Below are positions 1 to 12,356 of a stretch of DNA of 64,000 nt, piece by piece. Position numbers and translations under genes: made by a program. This stretch comes from Trichoplax sp. H2 (taxonomy: Eukaryota), in NCBI GenBank assembly GCA_003344405.1, contig NOWV01000002.1:1488001-1552000 (forward strand), in the 5' to 3' direction. How positions within the stretch are numbered: position 1 is the stretch's first letter; every line of letters begins with the position of its first letter. A model generated the notes under the pieces. That model was given only the letters and a program-made list of their open reading frames with translations, had not been told where the DNA came from and searched no databases.

Positions 1-103
1 TACACTAAGCTCTTAGATTCGTGTGTCACAGAGATTTCCGGCTGTTCTATGCGGTTTAGCTGGAAGCTAATCATTGACTTAACCTTACAATATGAGTTAT
101 GCT

Positions 104-389
104 GATATCAGTTTGTTATGGTATTGCGAACTTATTTGACTTGATCTATAAACTCGTATGTTGGTTAATCTAGAGATTTACTAATCTATACATGCAATGA
201 GTAAAACTCACGTAATATGATGGTAACAAATTATCATCTTGTTTTGCTCGGCATTGTTAGGATAGTTACGAATTTTATCATTGTTTGTTGGGTATTGCGA
301 GATCATTTGACGTAGACATCATATTCGCATCGTATAATCCAACGTGATATTAAAAGAGATAATGTAGTCGTATGCAAGGGCTAGAAACT
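104..389. repeat. Old two-copy tandem duplication, period ~172 bp
   Basis: GTTTGTT..GGTATTGCGA...ATTTGAC..ATGCAA repeated. Confidence 0.6.
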
Positions 390-1266
390 AAATTAGTACG
401 CCAGTTTATATCCTAATATCATTTCATAACGAGCAAATTCCTCTGAAGATCCTGCTATTATCTTGTTATACTGCACTGCTCTTGATGCTGTTCTAATTAT
501 GATATTTATCTACGCTAAAAATGGTACGAGAGAGAATAATTATTGCTAAAATAATAATAGAAAATATTCTTTTGTAAGAGTCGCTACTGTGATGAATTTG
601 TTAGCATCTCCCTTCCTTGATAATTTTTAGTTATTTATAATTGTGATGGTTACCAATACTTTATGTCGTTTTTACTCAATGGGTTTGGATTTTTGATCAT
701 GAAAGTGGATAGCTGTCGTTACAGTGATTGTGAATTGAATACATACCTTTTTATGTTGAATGGTATCGGCTAATTTTTTTTTAATTTATGCTATTAACTC
801 TGCTATATTAGAGATTTATAAGTTGTATATTAGTTGTTTATGAAGCTTAGGATTTCTATTTACCGTAATAATTGATGAAGCAGTGACTGTAATGATCTTA
901 ACTACTGATATACTCAAAAAATTTTAAATATTTACAATTTTAGCGGCTTTCAGCACTTTACATTGATTGGATGCAGTAAGTAACTACATTCCAACGGGTA
1001 AGAGTAATTTTAGTTATTAATGATAATTATTATTTGTATATCTTTTGTTTATTACGTTTAATGGTTTTACTTATCCACCTCAATGCTAGTAATAGAAAAT
1101 AATTTATTATTTATTTGTCATATATAAGACATAGGAATTTCACCAAGATCATAAGTTACATTTATCAACTTTTATCGATAGTGATCAATCATTGTAATCG
1201 AACTTTTACATCACGTTTAAAAATTACTCAATTGACTGCATATACACCCTCTCTTTGAGATGACAG

Positions 1267-1390
1267 TTTTGAAAGATGCTAAAAAATATTGAAGCCTACC
1301 TGGTTAATGTGAAAGGATACAGAAAGTGACAATTATTTTGAAGGTGCTAAAACTGAAAAAGCATACCTATTCATTGGGAGCGGATATAGA
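1267..1390. repeat. Diverged two-copy tandem repeat, period ~69 bp
   Basis: TTTTGAA..TGCTAAAA..AAGC.TACCT..GGATA.AGA repeated. Confidence 0.55.
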
Positions 1391-2297
1391 CCAAGTACCG
1401 TAGCTAAAAGTTACTGGAATTATCGTATTGAATGGTGAAAGAGATAGTATCAAGTAAATTTTAACTACGATTGCTTCAAGTACCAAAATCCATAAAATTG
1501 ACCGTAGAACTTGAAATGATACTAACACGTTTATACATATGTATAATCTTAACCATAAAATTACCTGCCTGGTATTGACGAAACAGTTTTCGAAATACTG
1601 TAGTTATGATAAAATTATAAGTTGTTTGTAACATAATTGTCGGTAACTCCCAGTAGAAGATTAAAATATAGCTAGAATGATGTTACTTTATCCGTGAATG
1701 CATAAGACATCGAATGTATCTGCTGTTGTCTCTAACAACAGACAAATGGCTCTTTTGCCGATTACAATTCCTAATTCATACCGTTAGAAGCAGATCGAGT
1801 ATTACTGACATCTTTTTGGGCATTTCTTTTGCGTACTTAGATTGAATCGTTACAATATTATCGGTAAAGACATATTTCATAGCAAAATAGGCAAATGGTT
1901 TGGCCTATTTATGACATAACAGTATTTTTACTTTTGGGGTTGCAACCTATTTTCTTTTAATACTTTGTTTTAAATGGCGTCCATTTAGAATTTTAATTTT
2001 TAATAAGTGTCTTCCACAAATTACTACCCTAGTCTGCCTAAAGATCTAGTAAGAATGTAAAAACTGCTACCATAACGCCTAAGAACTACCCTTCTAAAAG
2101 GCTCACAACTAGTAGACACACCGTACTATAATCTATAAAGCAGCTTTATACTATAACACTGAAACACTGTCGGTAACAATGCTTTCTTAAGACAATAGCT
2201 CAATTCGCTACCAAGACAATTTCAAGCAACATTTAATCATTAGTCCTATTCGTTTCTCTAATCTATCCGCCTTTTGTGGATAACAATTAAACTTCTG

Positions 2298-2875
2298 TTA
2301 CAGTGATATACACTGAAATATCGAGATTATAGAAGAAACATCTATGTTAGGATAATTTTGCTGATTTACCCTTATATGAAGAGTTTCTAATTTAGATATG
2401 TGAAATTTAAATATAGCACTAGCTTTTATGGTAATATATACAGCCTACTGAAATCAGTAGTTTAATTAGGGAATCGAGAATAATCTTCTTACAATTCAAA
2501 TCACTGTGATTGTAATTTACTTATGGTAGATTACAGATTATCGTAGAAATGTTCCGTGATAAGACATATTGTAATCTAACAATTTTGTAATAGTCGTTCG
2601 ATGTCTATGTTTGTAAATACTGTTGTCTTCATTAGGTAGTAGTAAATAAAATTAGCTTCTGATTTATTATTAGGTTTCAACGTTAATATTGCTAACAAGG
2701 ATGTCTTTGCTATTGTAAAGGAGTATATAAATGCCATAGATCGTGTAATAGAGTTAATTCTTAGTAGAGTAAAAGTGTTCTTGATAGTACGGATATCGTT
2801 CCTTGATACGTGGTTCAAGGAACTGACTTATTGATCATACATTACAATCTTGTTGCAAAGCTGTTTTGTGACAAA
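2298..2875. repeat. Dispersed repeat B, copy 1
   Basis: Colinear, roughly 75-80% identical by eye to 12357-12454/12916-13053 plus 14863-15395 (e.g. GATATCGTTCCTTGATACGTGG, ATGTCTATGTT.GTAAATACTGTTGTCT). Confidence 0.85.
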
Positions 2876-5136
2876 TTCCTATTTATGATTGTTTACGTAT
2901 CATGTAGCCTCTCTCTGGGCTCTGATATAAACTCCAAGTTCCTATCAACGCTACCGCTCTTGAATTTTTAGCTCAATTTGACGGAATCAATTCTAAATCG
3001 TGCACTATCGAGGAAAGCCGTAGAGTACAGTAATAATGTATTTCTCGTCAATTGAGTTCATTCACACACCATTATTTAAACTGAGGAGACAATCCTCGTT
3101 TTGTTAGCGTCGTCTCTTAGGTCATCAAATTCGAATAGTACCATATGACTACAGGTTCATTTTCTATCTTTCATTTGATGACTAAGCGTACTTCTACAGC
3201 ACATTCGAGAGCTAAATTTGATTTAAAAGCATAATATTTATATAATAAACCATAAAAAATAACCCGACTTAATAGAATTAGTTAATAAGAAATAAGATAC
3301 TTCGGCGTTACACTCAATTACTACTAGTAATAGCCCACAACTGGATTTTCTAATTTATTTGCCATAAAGAAATATATGCGTTTATTTTAGCAAGGCTATA
3401 CGACGATTAAAATTCGATTATAAATGGTTATAAACATAATTCTGGGCATTATAGTAAATGGAGCGTGATATGTAATAATATGGCACTTCGTTGCCTAAAT
3501 TTATAGAGTTTAAACAACGTAATTCAAGCGAGTGCTTATAGATAGATCCACACTACTTTTCTTCTTATAGTATTTGTCTAATTTCACCAATAAAATCGCT
3601 GTGATAATGTCCCATATTTATAATGGTTTCTCTCACAGTATATTAATAAATGAAATATCGCTTTCGCGACGGGTGAATAGTATTGTAAAAATATATTACA
3701 AAATTGAAGGAATCTCTAGCTTGATTTTATGTAGCTAACAATAAGAGGCGTTTTAATTCCAATCAAGATTATTATTAATTAAAAAGGTGCATTATAGAGT
3801 ATCTGGATTGGCAAGTGGATGCTTTCTGTTTTAGTGCTGTAATGAACTAAAATACCTCTATTAATAAATACCAACGAATTTCAAATCTTACGTTAAAAAT
3901 TTTCCGTACAGATCGTCATTACAATTAGTGAAGAATACAAGAGCAATTATATAATCCAGTTAGGGATGGCAATTGATTAGTTAGATTGTAATTTTTGTAT
4001 TGGCTTCACGACTCCGTCTATATTAGTTCATATATCATTATCTCAAAATGCTAATAAGTATGAAAAATTGCGATAAAAATATATTGACTTCCAGATTGGC
4101 TTTATATAGTAAACAATGAGAGAAAAAGCAACAAATAAGATGCGTAAGTGTTATTGAGGAATATAATTTATTATAAATGACCCATAGAGCGCAAATTGAT
4201 GTAAATTTGCACTTGATAGGGTTACTATATTGAAATCGTAATAATTCAACCATTTATAAGGAATACTAATGATACACTTGGATGTTTGATTTTAATTGAT
4301 GTTTTGACTGGCAATAAGTAGTTACAATAGGTTTCGATAGAAAATTGATAAACTATTGCTGACTTAATTTCTTTTCTATCATATTTCTAAGAAAAAATTT
4401 ATTTCATGAAAAAAAAACCCATTTTCATAAATTATAGAAGGGATTTTGGCTACATTGTTTTATCCTAATAAAATTTAGTTCAATATGAGCTTACTATAGC
4501 TATTAATGGACTAGTTCTACCATTGATATACGGATTTGGATATCTTCAATAATTTAATTTATTAACCGTGCAATTTATTCCAAAGGCTTATTTAAATTTG
4601 GTGCGCCAATGATCCTGACGAAAGAAAAAAATTGGAATTTTACCTTGTAGGTAATACCTTGACTTGATATACTGTAAAACTTTAAATATACTTGTATGTA
4701 TACTAATTTGGATGAATGTGACTTTGTATATCATGCCAACTTGTACTCAAATAAATCTAACTTTCTAAATTTTATTAATTAGAATCAATAAAAGGTTATT
4801 TTTGGATCATTAAAACATTCGGATAAAGTATAATAAACTTTTAAGGTAAAGATAATCTTAACATTTTTCTTGATTTGTCTATATGACGGATTCTAAGATG
4901 AGTTCGAAATTTTTATATATGGATGCCAAAGTCCATTTCCCTCTTAGTATTACTTACAGCCATCTTAAATAGGAAGATGAGATAAAACGTTGAAATTGCA
5001 CTCTTGTACATTTATACCGTATATATATCGGTGTAGTTAGCGTTGCTATTTATTCTATCGATCACTTTTATCCCAGATAGTGGATTTTTTTTCAATAGAA
5101 GAAACTGTTCAGACCAAGGAAATTGATCTCTGAAAA

Positions 5137-6198
5137 ATGAACGCGACAGAGAGAATTCAAGTTTTACAACAATTCGATTCATTACGAGCCGTTTCTTGGA
5201 TCATAGGAATTTTAGCCTTGATTGCAAATATATCGGTAATTATTTGGATGGTATGTTACATGTACAATCCTTTGCGATGGTTTAGCCAGAGAAACCCGAG
5301 AAATATCACCAATAATCCTTATTTGTTGATCATTTTCAATCTAGCTATTGCTGATCTGCTAGGTGCTTTATATTTGATCATTTTAGCAATCAGCGATGCG
5401 ACTTTTAAAATTAATGGCGACTTTCAGACACCAAATGGGACGTATATAAATAACTGGATTGTCAGCCCAACATGCTTCTTGGAAAGAATATTATCTCAAG
5501 TCTCGTTATTAATGTCGATATTTATCACGTTTTTCATTACTGTAAGTCGCTTTATCCAAGTTGTTTGTCCTTACAGTGGGTTAGAGGTAACGATCAAAAA
5601 GTCTCGAATCGCTCTCCTATCCTTATGGATAATCAGCTTTACCATTGCAATCGTCGGAGCAATGGAAAGTTCTCATGTTTCGTTAAGGAAACAAGATCAT
5701 TTAAGTATTCTTGGATTTTTATGCCAGTTGGAATCTTTAGAAACACCAGTTATTATTGGTATTGTCTACTCGGAATTACTACTTGGAATTATTGGCTATG
5801 TTGGCACCATCATACTTTACTTAATAATTGCTTGCAAGTTAAAGAAAACGCGTAGTAGCATTAATAGTATCAATAGAAGCAAAGCGGAAAGTAAAATTCA
5901 CCTCATTATCGCCTGGATAGTGGTAAGCAATGTTATTACATGGGTGCCAATAACTTTATTGACTATCTTGGAGGGTTTGATCGAAACATTCAGCTCTGAT
6001 CAACATGAAATCACGCCATTACTGGTCTTACTATTGTATTTGAATACCGCTGTCAATCCTATCGTGTATCTTGTTGTTGGTACTCATACTATACTGAAAA
6101 GGCATAAAAAAGTCGATACAGTTGTCCAAAATTTATCATGTAAGAGTTCTGAACGTAAGAATAATCACGATCTACTTGTAGTCGAATTTTCTAACTAA
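5137..6198 (+). CDS. Intronless class A (rhodopsin-type) GPCR, LGR/RXFP/glycoprotein-hormone-receptor-like 7TM domain, 353 aa, no LRR ectodomain
   Basis: Seven hydrophobic segments. TM1 WIIGILALIAN; TM2 NLAIADLLGALYLIILAISD; ECL1 WIVSPTC; TM3 VSRF (DRY position); TM6 ITWVP; TM7 NTAVNPIVY. In-frame TGA at 5131-5133, two codons before the ATG. Confidence 0.93.
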   Translation: MNATERIQVLQQFDSLRAVSWIIGILALIANISVIIWMVCYMYNPLRWFSQRNPRNITNNPYLLIIFNLAIADLLGALYLIILAISDATFKINGDFQTPNGTYINNWIVSPTCFLERILSQVSLLMSIFITFFITVSRFIQVVCPYSGLEVTIKKSRIALLSLWIISFTIAIVGAMESSHVSLRKQDHLSILGFLCQLESLETPVIIGIVYSELLLGIIGYVGTIILYLIIACKLKKTRSSINSINRSKAESKIHLIIAWIVVSNVITWVPITLLTILEGLIETFSSDQHEITPLLVLLLYLNTAVNPIVYLVVGTHTILKRHKKVDTVVQNLSCKSSERKNNHDLLVVEFSN

Positions 6199-7357
6199 TA
6201 ATTTTTAGGTTACTGTCTTTCTTAGCTACGTCTCATCGAGTCAATATTTCCATGCCAGTTTCTAATATAATTTTTAATTACTTAATTATAACATGATTTC
6301 AATCACTTAATTGAATTATTGAACTGATGGCAATACTCAGTTCGATTAGTAAAATTTATTTCTTATCATTTCTTCGCGATTGCTGCTAATTTCTTGGTCG
6401 TCTAGTCCTTTTGATCGATGTAGGATAATCATCATTTTAAAGAAAATTATGTCTTTAACTGTTCCATTTATAGTAACAAAGCCAATATTAATATCATATT
6501 ATTCTGTTACAGTTAATAACTTTGCTGCAACTGTTAATTGATTGATTGATCAAATTTAACATTTGCTAAATGATTTATCTCAATACTGATTGTAAGCATT
6601 CACTAACTGACGTTTATCCTATTCTGGCTGTTTTAGTTTCAATTGTTTTGATATCTATCTATTACAGTAAATTCTTTTATGAACTTGTTTAATTCATTAG
6701 AAGTATGCTTAATTTAGAGAAAAAATCGCCGTCAAAATCAATACAGATTAAATTTTGTTAATAGATGAATGGATAAAATTCTGTATTTCGTCAATAATGT
6801 TAACCATTTTGCTACATACCGTATCTTTTCATTCAAATTTTAAATTTTAATTGCTAAGAACTCAACAATATCATGATTCTAGTTACATTGGAAAACTTTC
6901 GTAAATGGTTATGATTGCTATCATTACGGACTGATTTGCTATTATTAGGTGATGATTCGCTATCAAGAAATTTTAAAAATAAATGATTCTAGTAATTAAA
7001 TAATTTACGGGATTAATTTATGAATGTATCAATCTTGATTCTTAGTTTGTCGTATTGAATCAATCTACGGATATCAGTCTAATACTACCATAGGTGTAAT
7101 AGAGGCTAAATTTTTAATCAATCATCGCAAAATTATTTACAATAGCTGAATGGGTATATAGACTGTCGCTTGTTAGCAATCCAGGAATCTTTAAATAGGT
7201 CATTATGCTCAATAATTAAGATAAGAGTTTTGTTCAGCTTGCAATATCCGATTTAAGCTTTGAACTACTACATATTGGCACCGACCCAGTTAGTATACTA
7301 AGGCAAATTTAAAATAGTTTACGTTCGGGTACTGCGGGTAAGCTGGTTTTAAGTTAT

Positions 7358-8055
7358 ACTAGTACGAACTTACGTCGCTTTGCTGACGTTTTACGATAAT
7401 TTACCCATTTGTTCATAATTAACAGATAGTATTACCATTCGACATTATATATATCTCGGTAATAGCCAGACACTACTATATTCAAAGCTATGCTTGTAGA
7501 ATAATACTTTTCAATAATGCATTCACGGATGAAATACTATGAAATGCTATATTAAGATTATGTTAATGGTCCAAAGCACACTAATGTACGGTGATGGACA
7601 TACCAAGTTAAGATTAGCAGGTACTGTAAAATATCGACAGTGCGGTACAATGTCCTTCGTACTGTGGTCAGTTCTATCCAATCATTATAATGTGTCTAAG
7701 GATCGCTTGCGTATGCAAGCAAAGCTTGCTCTGTCAATAACAACCGTTATAAGAAAATGTAACAATCAACATGGCTGTGTAGAAAACTCTATAAAGATTC
7801 TATGTTTATTCAATTTTCATCAGAGTATTACATCAAATCAAAATTGAAAGGCCCAGTGGCCACCTTTAGCGATATAACGAATACTATTTTAAAAATCAGT
7901 ACTCTGCAGAAATTACTACCTTAGAGCCATTCGTTTTACATGAAGAAATCTGGAGGTAAAAAGTACTGTAAGAATCTTATATTGACCTATTGAAATGAAC
8001 CCATAATCAAAGTCATCTAACAGTAGTATAAATACCCTCGCGCTGCTCGTTTAAA
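7358..8055 (+). repeat. Dispersed repeat A, copy 1 (~700 bp, unclassified non-autonomous element)
   Basis: Reverse complement matches 56268-56870 and 57297-57410 at roughly 85-90% by eye. Confidence 0.9.
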
Positions 8056-8096
8056 AGGGTGAGTGGGTTTTGACGAGATTGAGGCATCTGATGCAT

Positions 8097-8167
8097 ATAT
8101 TGGCAATCATTTACTGCTATCGAATTTAGCCGGTCTAAATTCAATAGCAGTAAGTGATTGCCAATAT
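8097..8167. repeat. Inverted repeat/hairpin, 33-bp arms, 5-nt loop
   Basis: ATATTGGCAATCATTTACTGCTATCGAATTTAG-CCGGT-CTAAATTCAATAGCAGTAAGTGATTGCCAATAT; 31/33 Watson-Crick pairs, one T-G and one C-A. Confidence 0.95.
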
Positions 8168-9420
8168 CTGACATGCAGTATGTAGAGTAATTTTAAGGCA
8201 AGCGAAATTCAACGTACACGTAGATAGTGACCTTTACTAATAACTGCTTATTAGTATCTATCATCATTATTGGCAATATTTCTCACGATGATTTCAGTAT
8301 ATAAAATGAGTCCAATACTATTTATTGCAGATTGATATATCTAATAAATATAATTGTGACACTCCAGTGTCTGTTAAAGTTTCGTACTATGATGCACATA
8401 TAATTTTGTCTTTTTTCCTCTTTGATTTGGTATCCTTTTATCTTTCTAGTATTCCGTTACTGTCAATGTGAAATGCAAATTTATTACCGGATATCAATAA
8501 ATTAATTTACCTAATAACTTATTGTTTGATTATATTAACAGCTTGTTAATGCATTTAAGTAGTTTCTTACTCGCATGTAACTGCTAGAGTTGCACTTAGA
8601 TGTAATGTAGCGATTTAATATCAAATTTAATTTTACAGTATGACGAAAACTACCAGCAATATCTTCTTTATTAGCAGGATCTAACATTGAATACATTTAT
8701 GGAGAAAAAAAGTTGGTGCTCACAATTGGTGATAATGTGCTCCAGTCAGCAGTGATGGAAGATTCCATCGATTCGTAGTATCTAAGTGAAGTAATCGATA
8801 TTAGTAACTTGTTAAACAGAAAAGCGTAGGATGATATGGAATAGTAATTTTGGCGTATGGAATGAAATCATTTTATGAAAGCATTAACAGCTCACCTTAA
8901 GTAAAAATTGGTCCATACAGGAAAAGTTGCTTTTCATTAGCACTTTACCAGGTGTAAGCTAGATGAATAATAAATAATTAACGAGAATTTTGTTAAATAA
9001 TCTACAATACTGCGCAATATAGTTCAAATTAAAGTAATTTTTTCCGCTAATGTTACTAACCAGTGGGATTTGGTTTATTATCAAATGGTATATTATATTT
9101 GGTATTATTATCAAATGGTGTAAGGATGTGATTGTAAGGATTAACATATCTCGAATATGTACATTACCTATGGAAGAGCTGCTGTACAATGCGTAAAGTA
9201 AACATCTTGAGTAAATACTGGCACTCGAAACTTTCGTTGAGCATTCATAGTAATAAAAACTCATCAGAGAATAAGATAAATCCATTATATTATAGAAAGC
9301 AATAGCAGAAAGTATCCATAAATAGATTAGTCTCGGAATATGAGAAGTATTCAATCCACACTTATATGTTAAACTAGGAGGTTTAGGGAGTTGGAGCAGC
9401 GATTAGACGAAGGCTTCTTA

Positions 9421-9701
9421 AAGAATGTTTCCGCCATTTTAGCCTAAGATAGAAGGATTCTTGATTGATAAGACTTAAATTTACATTTCCTTGAAGCTAT
9501 AAGCTTATCGTGGTAGTCCCAAATATGTGGACTTCACATTCCAATAAAAACGTTTAATACATTCTTACAGAATTAGCAAAGAATATTTCTATCATTTTAG
9601 CGTAAGATAGAAAGATCTTTGATTTGGAAGCCTGAAATTCATATTTTCTTGCTGTTATAATTTTGTCGTGGTAGTCCATATTCCAGTATAAAAGTTTAAT
9701 A
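9421..9701. repeat. Diverged two-copy tandem duplication, period ~158 bp
   Basis: CATTTTAGC.TAAGATAGAA..TCGTGGTAGTCC..GTTTAATA repeated. Confidence 0.8.
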
Positions 9702-10034
9702 ACAAATTGCTTTAGCTTGTTTAGTTACGCTATTAAACATGAAATAGTTAGATAATTGCCATCACTGAAATGTTGTGAAAAGATGGAAAAAAGACTTTGC
9801 ATAAATATCTTGACTACAAATTGTATAGCTTACATCAATCTATGAACAGTGCAATCTAGTCATTCTGTTGCTATCTTGATGTGGCCGCAGGAAGAACATT
9901 TCATGATATACTGAAATAGTTAATTATGTTAGGCTGTTCTACAATGTTGCAAGCTAACATTAACATACATAGATTCTATTAATTAAAAAAATGATAATAC
10001 TAATTTTTATATCTAACTACGTACATTAACTCTG

Positions 10035-11526
10035 TCTCTTCACTATCATAATTTTTAATTGAATATCATATTCCCAAGTATTTTATGCAAGCTTATAGTG
10101 ATAAATAGCAACTGTACCGATATTTTTGCCAAAGATAGAAATAGAATAGTTGCATTGCAGAAAAGTTCATATTTAATCGCATACGGTAATTAAAAGTATA
10201 AAAGCTTTTGGTGCGAAATAAAGATATTTTACCGTAGTAAAATATGACCTGTGAATAATAGAAGTCGAAACAAAATCAAGTACACTTTGCTGTTTGATAA
10301 TAGTCTCAACAAAAACGGAGTAAATCTAAAGCATTTTATGGAAGGCCAACCGTTAATTTTTAAATTTAAAGTGCCAGTAATAATTATACTATCTTTACTT
10401 AAACAGAAACAGAACATCAGGCTTATAGCCTTTAGGTTGATAGCACCATAATTTGAATGTGCTATTAATCAGACAGGGTAGCAAGTTCTTTCGTTCTCTA
10501 GCTTTCACCATCTTCGGTTAACAGGTTGAATTCCATCCTTGAGTGAGCTAATTTCACTTTTTGGCGTTTCAACTGATCTGGTTATCCTTGTGCGACTATG
10601 TAATGACCGAGTAATAGTCTTTTACTANNNNNNNNNNNNNNNNNNNNTCTCTTCACTATCATAATTTTTAATTGAATATCATATTCCCAAGTATTTTATG
10701 CAAGCTTATAGTGATAAATAGCAACTGTACCGGTATTTTGCCATAGATAGAAATAGAATAGTTGCATTGCAGAAAAGTTCATATTTAATCGCATACGGTA
10801 ATTAAAAGTATAAAAGCTTTTGGTGCAGAATAAAGATATTTTACCGTAGTAAAATATGACCTGTGAATAATAGAAGTCGAAACAAAATCAAGGCGCAAGT
10901 AAGAATATATTATTAATGTTGAAGATCGCTCTCACACGTGACAGATTCGAAGAAAATATCGACGATATACTGCAAAGTTGTTATTGATCAATAGTACTGT
11001 ATTTTCATATGATTAATGAGGTACGGTTTTCTTTAACTTGGCTTGGATAGTTGACGAAAGTAGCAAGAAGTTATCATAGAAAAAATAGATGACTCGTGCA
11101 ATGGTATTAGTTGAGTATGGCTCATAAAGTTAAGCTTGTTCAGGTTTTACCATAAAGTAGCGCAATATCTTGATTGATTACACTTTGCTGTTTGATAATA
11201 GTCTCAACAAAAACGGAGTAAATCTAAAGCATTTTATGGAAGGCCAACCGTTAATTTTTAAATTTAAAGTGTCAGTAATAATTATACTATCTTTATTTAA
11301 ACAGAAACAGAACATCAGGCCTATAGCCTTTAGGTTAATAGCACCATAATTTGAATATGCTATTAATCAGACAGGGTAGCAATTTCTTTCGTTCTCTAGC
11401 TTTCACCATCTTCGGTTAACAGGTTGAATTCCATCCTTGAGTGAGCTATTTTCACTTTTTGGCGTTTCAACTGATCTGGTTATCCTTGTGAGACTATGTA
11501 ATGACCGAGTAATAGTCTTTTACTAT
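10035..11526. repeat. Near-identical duplication across an N-gap (10035-10628 vs 10648-11526); likely allelic overlap
   Basis: About 98% identical; the second copy has an extra 286 bp (10893-11178); a 20-N gap lies between the copies. Confidence 0.85.
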
Positions 11527-11647
11527 TGCTATATGAGGTCTTTTAAAAGAACCGGAATAGGTCTTCTCAACTTTTTCCTGAGGTCAGTTTGTCGGGTGGT
11601 AATATACCAAGGAATTCCAATGTCAGGGCAAAGTGGTTTCTTTTCGG

Positions 11648-11665
11648 ATCCCACCGCTGCCATCA
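11648..11665 (-). promoter_or_regulatory. Primer-binding site complementary to the 3' end of tRNA-Leu (AAG/TAG type)
   Basis: Minus strand reads TGATGGCAGCGGTGGGAT, a 17/18 match to the complement of ATCCCACCGCTGCCA-CCA, directly after an LTR-type ...TGACA end. Confidence 0.8.
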
Positions 11666-11666
11666 G

Positions 11667-12356
11667 TGTCACAAAACAAGTTTCGTGATCGTTTCCAAAC
11701 TAAACTATCTACTCTTAAGGTTACTAACTCTGGAGATCCTCAGTAAAGGAAAACTAACTTATTCCTATATTATAGAAAATGAGTCCAACGATAGGTTAAT
11801 GGTTTAGGTTATTAAATAAATATTTTATTACCAGCTATTGCCACTTAGTATCAGAGTACTCTAGCGTAGCCTCAGTGGAACTAAGATTAAAATCAACAAT
11901 CAGGCTTATATACAATCTCCTATGTCACACAAATTCCCCAGTGCTAATCTGCCACATTAAATTAAATCATATAGAACGCACTACAGGCTTACTATAGACT
12001 ATACCGAGTGTTAATTAATATATCTCGCTAGTTAGAATTAATTAGCAAGTTCAATTAGTTGTCACACCACAATGGTGCAATATCGAATCTTGAATTAGTT
12101 ATATTGCTGACTTCGGCATAATTAATTAATAACAATTAATATAGTTTGACTCAATTCAAAGTCATAAGTAATAATAATCAATTAGCAATTGAGGATTGCT
12201 GTCTACTAGACAACAATTTTTAATAAATATTTTTAATAACACGACAGTATTTTGCAAGGTTAATTATAACCTTTACAGTCATTTTACTATCTTAGATTAC
12301 TACTAGCTATTATCAAAGAGTTTCAAGCTCCGTAACAATAGTACAGTAGTGAGACA
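11667..12356 (-). mobile_element. 5' LTR (~690 bp) of a degenerate LTR retrotransposon, probably Gypsy-like
   Basis: Termini TGTCTC...GTGACA on the minus strand; TATATAA at 11906-11912; AATAAA at 11824-11829; followed after 1 nt by a tRNA-Leu PBS. The right boundary is inferred from the terminal inverted motif and from resumption of the host repeat. Confidence 0.7.

Noticed and set aside
1990..2301. Possible further solo LTR ending ...TGTTACA at the same edge of repeat B copy 1
   Set aside because: A TG start and TATA-like motif exist on the minus strand, but no far terminus, TSD or second copy was found.
5472..5855. 127-aa alternative-frame ORF, and similar shadow ORFs (22622-22903, 49273-49516, 50248-50457)
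   Set aside because: They overlap real coding exons in other frames or strands and show no protein-like features.
9225..9320. Hammerhead-ribozyme-like core on the minus strand (CTGATGAG...CGAAAG)
   Set aside because: Stems II and III are partly plausible, but stem I cannot pair; likely chance.
8959..9354. 131-aa and other 60-130 aa ORFs in AT-rich DNA (e.g. 7539-7847, 24644-25024, 35983-36303)
   Set aside because: I/L/F/Y/N-biased composition typical of random AT-rich ORFs; no domain recognised; several lie within repeats.
11645..11665. tRNA-Leu gene
   Set aside because: Only the 3'-terminal 18 nt are present, including the CCA position, next to an LTR end: a PBS, not a gene.
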